Source: Candidatus Latescibacterota bacterium (GTDB lineage: Bacteria; Latescibacterota; UBA2968). Taken from it: a stretch of DNA of 64,000 nucleotides. The notes below the pieces were generated by a model, which saw nothing but the letters and a program-made list of their open reading frames with translations, did no database searches and was not told where the DNA came from. Position numbers and translations under genes: made by a program. The DNA lies in contig OZ242311.1 of the NCBI GenBank assembly GCA_965207885.1, positions 4,768,001 to 4,832,000 of the forward strand. The letters run 5' to 3'. This document shows, piece after piece, positions 57,161 to 64,000 of the stretch (positions are counted from its first letter, which is position 1; each line of letters opens with the position of its first letter).

Positions 57161-57664
57161 TTATTTTTTCATGATCAAATTGAGACCTTCAATTTTTCGC
57201 ACGGGCAAATCCCTGCCCAAAGACTTGGTCAAAAATTGAATCGATTGACCCAGGACGGGGTGTTTGAGGTCGGGTTTGAGGTCGCAAAGCGGCACCAGGA
57301 CAAATGCGCGCTCGTGTAAGTGTGGGTGTGGCACCTGCAAGCCCGGCTGGTTGATGATGGCATCGCCATAGAGTAAAATATCGAGGTCCAGTGTGCGCGG
57401 ACCCCATCGCGTCTCGCGCAGACGACCAAATTTGCGCTCAATTGCCAGTAGGCAATTCAATAAACTTCGCGCAGAGAGACTGGTATGGACTTGCAGAACT
57501 GCATTGAGAAAATACGGCTGGTCAACGACACCTATCGGAGCGGTTTCATAGACAGCAGAGGCAGCGATAATGGCGATTTCGGGTTTTTCATTTAGGATAC
57601 CCGTCGCGTCCTGGAGCGTTTTTTCTCGATCTCCCAAATTCGCGCCAATGCCAATGTAGATCAC
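57161..57664 (-). CDS. folK: 2-amino-4-hydroxy-6-hydroxymethyldihydropteridine diphosphokinase
   Basis: G.NLGD, WGPRTLDLDIL, PHP..HERAFVL. Confidence 0.95.
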   Translation of the reverse strand: MIYIGIGANLGDREKTLQDATGILNEKPEIAIIAASAVYETAPIGVVDQPYFLNAVLQVHTSLSARSLLNCLLAIERKFGRLRETRWGPRTLDLDILLYGDAIINQPGLQVPHPHLHERAFVLVPLCDLKPDLKHPVLGQSIQFLTKSLGRDLPVRKIEGLNLIMKK

Positions 57665-58020
57665 GTTTCACGTCTCACTTCAACTTCAACGCCATCGAAA
57701 TTGACGGATACCGGTGGGTTGGGTTTGCGAACTCGCACGAGGAGTTTTGACAATCCCAATTCCGACTGCAAAACGTCAGCGATGCGGTCCGCCAGGGCTT
57801 CGACAAGGCCGAACCTTTCCCCCGTCACAACTTGCTCGACTATTTTACAGACGCGCGGATAATCTACGGACTGAGACGTATTATTGTGTGCAAATCCCCT
57901 GAAATCCCCATAGATTTCTACGTCAACTTCAAATTTTTGACCGAGTTTGGCCTCTTCTTCAAACAGTCCATGGTAGCCGTAAAAAGCCATATTTTTTATT
58001 CTCAGTACGTCATTTGTCAT
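57661..58020 (-). CDS. folB: Dihydroneopterin aldolase
   Basis: FYGYHG...EE..LGQKF.VD, SVDY, L.E.LA, RKP.PP. Confidence 0.92.
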   Translation of the reverse strand: MTNDVLRIKNMAFYGYHGLFEEEAKLGQKFEVDVEIYGDFRGFAHNNTSQSVDYPRVCKIVEQVVTGERFGLVEALADRIADVLQSELGLSKLLVRVRKPNPPVSVNFDGVEVEVRRET

Positions 58021-58046
58021 GGTGCTAATATTTACAATTCCATGTG

Positions 58047-59063
58047 TTAAGTCAAGCGGTTTGCTGTAAATGGCAAGTTGACCACTTCGGCCTCTGATCC
58101 GTCGTCCAGTAGCACGCGCTGTCCTGCTTCGTGATAGCCCCGTCGGATGATGGCAAGGGCGACCACGCGATTGAAGTGGAGAGATTTCACACATGTCGTT
58201 ACCCGTCCGACGGTTTTATCGTTGACTGTGATATTGCCACAAACAGGCGTATTGCCGCTCAATGCATGTGCTGAAGTGCCTTTATTCAGTAACAAGCCGG
58301 TTAGGTAGCGGCGGGGGCGTCCTCGAAAGTGCATTTTGGCGATTACTTCTTGTCCAATGTAGCATCCCTTGTCAAAATCGACTGCGCGATTTAAACCAGC
58401 TTCGAGGGGCGCGACTGATTCATCTATCTCGGCGCCATAGCGGGGGATGCCAGCTTCAACCCGCAATATTTTCTCCACTTGCCAGCCGATTGGCGTTCCT
58501 CCCGCTGTGACGAGTGCCCGCCGCAATGAATCGGCACGGTTTTGTGCAATGCGGAGATCACAGCCCGGTTCACCCGTGTATGATCGCGCGGTGACCCAAA
58601 TTGGGATGCCTTCAAATTTGCGTATAATCGTATGATGTTCGGGGAGGTCAGCCGGTATGCGCCCAACAACTCGACCGGCCAGCTCAAGGGCTGTGGGACC
58701 CTGTACCCCTAATATGGCCCAGGCGTCGGATTCGTCCGATAGTGCGACATCATCGGCGATCAGATAGCGATCCAGGGTTTCCATCAACTTTGTCGCAAGT
58801 CCCGGTTCTGTTTCCATATAGATACAATCTTGTAAGCGGTGGACCCAAACATCTAATAGCGTTTGTCCTCGCGCCGATGTGACTGCAGCGTAATTGCCTT
58901 CATTTTCGGCGAGGGATTCAACGGTGTTGGTCACCATGCCGTGCAAAAATCTCAGACAATCTGCGCCTTCTGCACGCACTTTGCCTCGCTTGCTGCGGTT
59001 GAATACTCCCGCGTTTTCTCGAACGGCACGGTACTGCATTTCCACATTTCGATGCGATGACAT
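58047..59063 (-). CDS. YgfZ/GcvT-like folate-binding protein
   Basis: LRVEAGIP, KGCYIGQE. Confidence 0.88.
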   Translation of the reverse strand: MSSHRNVEMQYRAVRENAGVFNRSKRGKVRAEGADCLRFLHGMVTNTVESLAENEGNYAAVTSARGQTLLDVWVHRLQDCIYMETEPGLATKLMETLDRYLIADDVALSDESDAWAILGVQGPTALELAGRVVGRIPADLPEHHTIIRKFEGIPIWVTARSYTGEPGCDLRIAQNRADSLRRALVTAGGTPIGWQVEKILRVEAGIPRYGAEIDESVAPLEAGLNRAVDFDKGCYIGQEVIAKMHFRGRPRRYLTGLLLNKGTSAHALSGNTPVCGNITVNDKTVGRVTTCVKSLHFNRVVALAIIRRGYHEAGQRVLLDDGSEAEVVNLPFTANRLT

Positions 59064-59162
59064 ATATCTTATCCTCCTATTGCCTAATTGTGGTAATATC
59101 TATATACTTTGAAAACGCCGTTTTTGTCAAAGGATTCTTATTCTCATCAAAAGGAGATTCGC

Positions 59163-60131
59163 GTGAAAGCTATTCGCATATCGCAATACGGTGGTGCAGA
59201 AGTTTTGAGTTTTGAAGATATTGATGTCGCAGATCCAGGCGAGGGACAGGTGAGAATTACCATAGAAGCAGCGGGTGTCAATTTTATCGACACCTATCAC
59301 CGAACGGGCCTTTATCCGCTGAATTTGCCGTTGACGCTGGGCCTGGAAGGTGCCGGCATCGTGAATGCGGTGGGCGCAGGGGTTTCGGATTTGACTGAGG
59401 GCGACCGCGTGGCCTGGAAAAGTGTGGAGGGGTCTTATGCCGAGCAGGTTGTCGCAGCCGCAGCCGAGGTGGTCAAAATTCCCTCAGATGTCGCTACTAA
59501 AACCGCAGCCGCGGTGATGTTGCAAGGGCTGACTTCGCATTATCTGGTCAATAGCACCTATCCGATTCGAGAAGGCGATACCTGCCTCGTCCACGCAGCC
59601 GCAGGAGGCGTTGGTCTTTTGCTCGTACAGATGGCAAAAATGCGCGGGGCTCGGGTTATTGGCACCACATCTACAGAAGAAAAAGCGGCTCTGGCACGGG
59701 GCGCTGGTGCCGATGATATTGTTCTTTATACCGAACGGGATTTTGAAGCCGAAGTTCTGCGCCTCACAGATGGTCAGGGCGTCGAGGTTGTTTACGATTC
59801 CGTTGCCCAGGCCACCTGGGAGAAAAGCATCAATTGCCTCAAGCCGCGCGGTTATATGGTCTTTTTTGGCAATGCCAGCGGGCCGGTTCCGCCGATTGAT
59901 CCCCTGCTTCTGTCGCAAAAAGGGTCTATTTATCTCACGCGCCCGACGCTCAATAGCTACACGCAGACCCGTGAAGAATATCTCCAGCGCACCAGCGAGG
60001 TTATGGGCTGGATTCAAGACGGCAGTCTAGATGTGCGTATTGGAGAAGAACATCCTCTTGAAAATACGGCCGAAGCACATAAACGCCTCGCAGGTCGGCA
60101 GACTACGGGGAAAGTGCTGTTGATTCCATAG
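59163..60131 (+). CDS. qor: NADPH:quinone oxidoreductase (zeta-crystallin family)
   Basis: GVNFIDTY.R.G.Y, HAAAGGVG, FGNASG, KGS..LTRP. Confidence 0.9.
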   Translation: MKAIRISQYGGAEVLSFEDIDVADPGEGQVRITIEAAGVNFIDTYHRTGLYPLNLPLTLGLEGAGIVNAVGAGVSDLTEGDRVAWKSVEGSYAEQVVAAAAEVVKIPSDVATKTAAAVMLQGLTSHYLVNSTYPIREGDTCLVHAAAGGVGLLLVQMAKMRGARVIGTTSTEEKAALARGAGADDIVLYTERDFEAEVLRLTDGQGVEVVYDSVAQATWEKSINCLKPRGYMVFFGNASGPVPPIDPLLLSQKGSIYLTRPTLNSYTQTREEYLQRTSEVMGWIQDGSLDVRIGEEHPLENTAEAHKRLAGRQTTGKVLLIP

Positions 60132-60135
60132 TTGT

Positions 60136-60645
60136 ATGTGTATCGAGAATCACACTACGCTGATACTACTCGTGAGAGCCTGCCCCTGCGGGGGTAAGCA
60201 GGGGGGCGATCCCATAACCCATGTTTTGCTCGGCTACAAAAAACGCGGTTTTGGCGTGGGGAAATACACGGGTATTGGTGGGAAAATTGAACCCGGTGAA
60301 ACGGTGCGTGCAGCCGCTGTGCGCGAAATGCGTGAAGAAACAGGCGTTGTGATGTCGGCTCAGGATCTTGTGGATGCCGGGCATTTGACGTTTTATTTTC
60401 CCACCCGTCCCAAATGGAGTCTCACGACCCGTATTTTTATTGGGCGCAGGTGGCAGGGTGAGCCGACGGAAACAGGGGAAATACGCCCTGTGTGGTTTGA
60501 AATTGATCACCTGCCCTTTGATGCGATGTGGGATGATGCTACCTATTGGTATCCCTATGTGTTGGCGCATAAGCGCGTCAGAGCGATATTTACATTTTCG
60601 ACCGACTGCAAAACCGTCGCGACCAGTGAGATTGAGATGTGGTAA
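60136..60645 (+). CDS. NUDIX hydrolase, MTH1/8-oxo-dGTPase-like
   Basis: VLLG.KKRGFG.G, GGKIEPGE...AAVREMREETG, MW.D..YW. Confidence 0.88.
   Translation: MCIENHTTLILLVRACPCGGKQGGDPITHVLLGYKKRGFGVGKYTGIGGKIEPGETVRAAAVREMREETGVVMSAQDLVDAGHLTFYFPTRPKWSLTTRIFIGRRWQGEPTETGEIRPVWFEIDHLPFDAMWDDATYWYPYVLAHKRVRAIFTFSTDCKTVATSEIEMW
60178..60204 (+). repeat. 27-bp palindromic in-frame insert in the NUDIX gene
   Basis: gcctg + cccctgc/gggggtaa/gcagggg hairpin encoding ACPCGGKQG. Confidence 0.6.
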
Positions 60646-60743
60646 GCTGTGTGTTTTTTACTTGACTCTTGTGGTAGAATGGCTATATATCAGGGCGTTT
60701 GATAAACGCAACTTAACAAACTCTTCACTTTCTCTTTAATGAG

Positions 60744-61604
60744 GTGATTGTTTTGACTACATCGGCTAAAAGTTTTTCCAAAGATGCATTGCATCACTAT
60801 CTCGAAGATGTGGCTTCGTCTCAACCTCTATCTTCCGAAGAGGAAGTTGCGCTCGCTGTTCGCATTCGCAAAGGCGATCAGGAAGCACGGGCAAAACTCA
60901 TTGAAGCCAATCTGCGCTTTGTGATTACAGTTGCCTACGAATATCAAAATCAGGGCGTTCCGCTCGTGGATCTCATCAGCGCGGGGAACGTCGGTTTGAT
61001 CACGGCGGCAGAGCGTTTTGACGAGACGAGAGGGTTTAAGTTTATCTCTTATGCTGTTTGGTGGATTCGCCAATCTATTTTGCAAACCCTGGCGGAACAC
61101 GCCAGGGTCGTGCGCCTTCCGCTCAATCGCGTGGAATTGCTCAGACGCATATCTCGCTGTAGAAGTAGCCGGCAGCAAGAGACTTCGACGCGCACTGCGG
61201 AAGAAGAAATTGCCGAAGAATTGGATATTCCGGTAGAGCAGGTTACGGATATTCTCACCAGCGGACAGCGCACCTTGTCTCTCGATACGTCTCTTGGCGA
61301 TGGGGAAAATAGCCTTCTTGAGATGATGCCCGACAATTCTCAAGAGTCGCCCGACGCAATGGCATTGAGAAATACCCTCAAAGCTGAAATCTCAAGTGCT
61401 TTGAGCACCCTTGATGAGCGCGAGCAAAAAGTGATCCGACTCTATTTTGGATTGGGCGGCGGTGCGGAGATGACGCTCGAAGAAATTGGCAAGCAATTTC
61501 GCCTGACGCGCGAACGGATTCGGCAAATTAAAGAAAAAGCACTTCGAAAGTTGCGCCATCCCACGCGAGGGCGAAAGCTGATGCCCTATGCGGAAGATAC
61601 CTGA
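60744..61604 (+). CDS. RNA polymerase sigma factor, RpoD/SigA family, lacking region 1.1
   Basis: ANLRFV, DLI..GN.GL, FISYAVWWIRQSI, TLEEIG..F.LTRERIRQI. Confidence 0.93.
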   Translation: MIVLTTSAKSFSKDALHHYLEDVASSQPLSSEEEVALAVRIRKGDQEARAKLIEANLRFVITVAYEYQNQGVPLVDLISAGNVGLITAAERFDETRGFKFISYAVWWIRQSILQTLAEHARVVRLPLNRVELLRRISRCRSSRQQETSTRTAEEEIAEELDIPVEQVTDILTSGQRTLSLDTSLGDGENSLLEMMPDNSQESPDAMALRNTLKAEISSALSTLDEREQKVIRLYFGLGGGAEMTLEEIGKQFRLTRERIRQIKEKALRKLRHPTRGRKLMPYAEDT

Positions 61605-61613
61605 ACTGAAACG

Positions 61614-62966
61614 CTAATCTCTCAATTTTTCCACCCATTCTCGAAATCGCTCACCGCGCTCTTCAAAATTGCGAAACTGGTCGTAACTCGCCGATGCTGG
61701 CGATAGCAATACCACATCGCCAGCTTGTGCGAGATCCGTTGCACAGCCCATCGCTTCTTCCAAATTTTCTACGCAGTGAATACTGGTTTTCCCTTTTGCA
61801 GTTGCCGCAATCGCATCCCCGGTTTCGCCCATCACAATCAGATGTGCGACTTTTTCCGCTATCGCCACTTCCAAATCGTCAAATGCAATTCCCTTATCGT
61901 AGCCACCAGCGATCAGCACGATCGGTTTGTCAAATGCCATGAGCGCTGTCCGCGTGCGGTCGGGACTCGTGGCTATTGAATCGTTCACATAGAGAACGCC
62001 GTTGACTTTTGCTACTTGCTCCAATCTGTGCGGTACCCCCTGAAATGTCTGCAAGACCTCGGCGATGTTTTCTTCAGATACGCCGCTTATGACTGCTGCA
62101 CCCGTAGCCGCCAGTGCGTTGGCGAGGTTGTGCCGACCACGCAAGGATATGGTATCGACAGAGCAGACGGTTCGCGTATCGCCACTGATGGCATATTGAA
62201 TTTTTCCTTCGCGGACAAATACATCCCCTTCGCCTTCAACGGCGAATACCACCCTCTGCCCGGCGCCCGTCCAACGAGATACTTCGGCATCTTCTCCGTT
62301 GACAATCGTCCAGTCGCCTTTTGTCTGGTGCATGACGATTTGTTGCTTGGCTTTTCGATACGCTTGTAGAGATCCGTGAACGTCGATGTGATTTGGCGCG
62401 AAGTTGGTTGTGACAGCGATGTGGGGGCTCCACGGCAGATCTCCCAATCGGTCGAGTTGAAAGCTCGATAATTCCAGTACGATGGGTACATCGGCGTGTA
62501 GCAGGTCCAACTCATCGAGTAACGATCCCCCAATATTGCCGCCGATTTGCGTGCGTTTGTCTTTTTGTTTGAGCATTTCTCCTATGAGCGCAGTTGTCGT
62601 GGTTTTGCCACTGCTGCCCGTTATGCCGATTATGGGCGCGGGACAGCGTTCGACAAATAGGCAGATTTCCGATGTGATGGGTACGCCCGCAGATTCTGCG
62701 ACTTTCAAGTATCGCGATGACCGGGGTACCGCGGGATTGGCGACAATTAAATCTGTTTTTTGAAAATCCGTTTCTTCATGTCCCCCCAGTTTAAAGGCGA
62801 TGGGTAATCCATTCAGGGCGCGTACTGAAGCGCGCAGGTCTTTTTCAGGGCGCAAGTCCGTCACTGTCACCACCGCGCCTTTGCGTACCAAAAAACGCAC
62901 CGCTCCCACGCCCCCGCCAAATAATCCCAATCCCATTACTGTGACGCGCTGGCCTTTTAGGTTCAC
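61614..62966 (-). CDS. murD: UDP-N-acetylmuramoyl-L-alanine--D-glutamate ligase
   Basis: GTG start after ggag; ITGSSGKTTT, GGNIG, ELSSFQL, HRLE, NDS.AT, LLSPA.AS.DQF. Confidence 0.94.
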   Translation of the reverse strand: MNLKGQRVTVMGLGLFGGGVGAVRFLVRKGAVVTVTDLRPEKDLRASVRALNGLPIAFKLGGHEETDFQKTDLIVANPAVPRSSRYLKVAESAGVPITSEICLFVERCPAPIIGITGSSGKTTTTALIGEMLKQKDKRTQIGGNIGGSLLDELDLLHADVPIVLELSSFQLDRLGDLPWSPHIAVTTNFAPNHIDVHGSLQAYRKAKQQIVMHQTKGDWTIVNGEDAEVSRWTGAGQRVVFAVEGEGDVFVREGKIQYAISGDTRTVCSVDTISLRGRHNLANALAATGAAVISGVSEENIAEVLQTFQGVPHRLEQVAKVNGVLYVNDSIATSPDRTRTALMAFDKPIVLIAGGYDKGIAFDDLEVAIAEKVAHLIVMGETGDAIAATAKGKTSIHCVENLEEAMGCATDLAQAGDVVLLSPASASYDQFRNFEERGERFREWVEKLRD

Positions 62967-62986
62967 GGGAAGTCTCCAGGTGAGGG

Positions 62987-63973
62987 CTATTCCTCTAACA
63001 ATTGATCGATGAGATCGACCGGGGTGATGCCTTCGGCTTCGGCGTTGAAATTCGTGACGAGGCGATGGCGCAAGACGGGTTTGGCGACAAAAGAGACGTC
63101 GTCTATAGAGGGTGCAAAGCGTCCGCTGAGTACGGCGCGCGCTTTGGCGCCCAGGATGAGGCATTGGGAGGCGCGCGGGCCGGCGCCCCATCTGAGCATG
63201 TTGCCGATGGATGTGTCTGCATTTTGAGGGCGGGTTTTGCGGACGAGATCCACTGCGTGATCTACGATGTGATCGGCTACTGGAACTTTGCGGATGAGTT
63301 GCTGGAGGTTGCGAATTTGTTCGGCGTTGATTACGGGCTGTACGTCGTGGGTTTGGGCACCTGTGGTGGCTTTGACAATGGCGCGTTCTTCTTCTTGGGT
63401 GGGATAATCGATCCACAGGTTAAATATGAAGCGGTCGAGTTGGGCTTCGGGCAGGGGATAGGTGCCTTCTTGTTCGATGGGATTTTGAGTGGCTAAGACA
63501 AAGAACGGTTCTTCGAGGCGAAAGGTTCCTCCCCCGGCGGTAACTTCGTGTTCTTGCATGGCCTGCAATAAGGCTGCCTGGGTTTTGGGCGGGGTGCGGT
63601 TGATTTCATCGGCCAGGATGATGTTGGCAAATAAGGGACCTTTGACAAAGCGAAATGCTTTGTGTCCGGTGGTCTGGTCTTCTTCGAGGAGTTCTGTGCC
63701 CGTGATGTCTGAAGGCATGAGGTCGGGTGTAAATTGGATGCGGCTAAAAGACAGGTCAAGGGCGCGCGCGAGGGTGCTGATGAGGAGTGTTTTGGCAAGG
63801 CCGGGCACGCCTACGAGCAAACAATGGCCCCCGCAGAGGAGGGCGATGAGTAGTTGATCGACGATTTCCCGCTGTCCAATAATGACTTTGCCAATTTCGG
63901 CGACGATCTGGTCATACGCGGTTTTTAATTGTTCAACTGCCTGGAGGTCTTCGTGAGGCGATGCTTCGGGCAT
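62987..63973 (-). CDS. MoxR-family AAA+ ATPase
   Basis: GVPGLAKT, RIQFTPDLMPSDITG, DEINRTPPKTQ, ATQNPIEQEGTYPLPEAQLDRF. Confidence 0.95.
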   Translation of the reverse strand: MPEASPHEDLQAVEQLKTAYDQIVAEIGKVIIGQREIVDQLLIALLCGGHCLLVGVPGLAKTLLISTLARALDLSFSRIQFTPDLMPSDITGTELLEEDQTTGHKAFRFVKGPLFANIILADEINRTPPKTQAALLQAMQEHEVTAGGGTFRLEEPFFVLATQNPIEQEGTYPLPEAQLDRFIFNLWIDYPTQEEERAIVKATTGAQTHDVQPVINAEQIRNLQQLIRKVPVADHIVDHAVDLVRKTRPQNADTSIGNMLRWGAGPRASQCLILGAKARAVLSGRFAPSIDDVSFVAKPVLRHRLVTNFNAEAEGITPVDLIDQLLEE

Positions 63974-64000
63974 TTTGTTTCCTTTCTCAGGTTTTGCGTT

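Noticed and set aside
58250-58285. Possible second in-frame insert (GTSAHALS) in the ygfZ-like gene
   Set aside because: No convincing hairpin or similarity to the 60178 element; the region is naturally variable.
60662-60690. Promoter for the sigma gene (TTGACT...tatatat)
   Set aside because: Good -35 but no TAnnnT hexamer at 16-18 bp spacing; too weak to call.
61614-63416. 600-aa ORF as an extended MurD
   Set aside because: The first 150 codons are a shadow frame over the MoxR gene; GTG at 62966 has an RBS and matches the MurD start.

Overview
Bacterial chromosome fragment. The gene content (WD40, LRR and YWTD eukaryote-like repeat proteins, dockerin/EF-hand-like tags, PorV-like barrels, a GWxTD protein, several PhyH dioxygenases, a sulfatase, a short RpoD-type sigma) suggests an FCB-group, possibly sponge-associated organism; this is inference. 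Three zones. (1) 1-18 kb: an accessory, almost entirely plus-strand island of exported proteins. Its core (5458-18049) is a tandem array of module-shuffled paralogues: an Sm/SH3-like beta module present in 1-3 copies in seven genes, joined either to a variable hydrophobic hairpin plus a conserved Phe-terminated beta-hairpin or to a beta-barrel. Three PorV/PorQ-like genes, an LRR lipoprotein and a DUF4160/DUF2442 toxin-antitoxin pair (one intact, one truncated copy) are interleaved, with clear duplication, deletion and chimera scars. This array is the best candidate for an undescribed system. (2) 18-42 kb: catabolic and accessory enzymes (modA, SGNH, Gfo/Idh/MocA, sulfatase, PhyH x3, PL2-like lyase, DUF5916 barrel with a structured leader, plant-type HPR). 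(3) 42-64 kb: mostly housekeeping (fused IOR, lipA, miaB, queG, rny, erpA-like, sodA, panBC, folKB, ygfZ-like, qor, NUDIX with a palindromic in-frame insert, sigma, murD, MoxR). No rRNA, tRNA, CRISPR array, integrase or transposase was recognised. All family calls are by motif recognition, without database searches.
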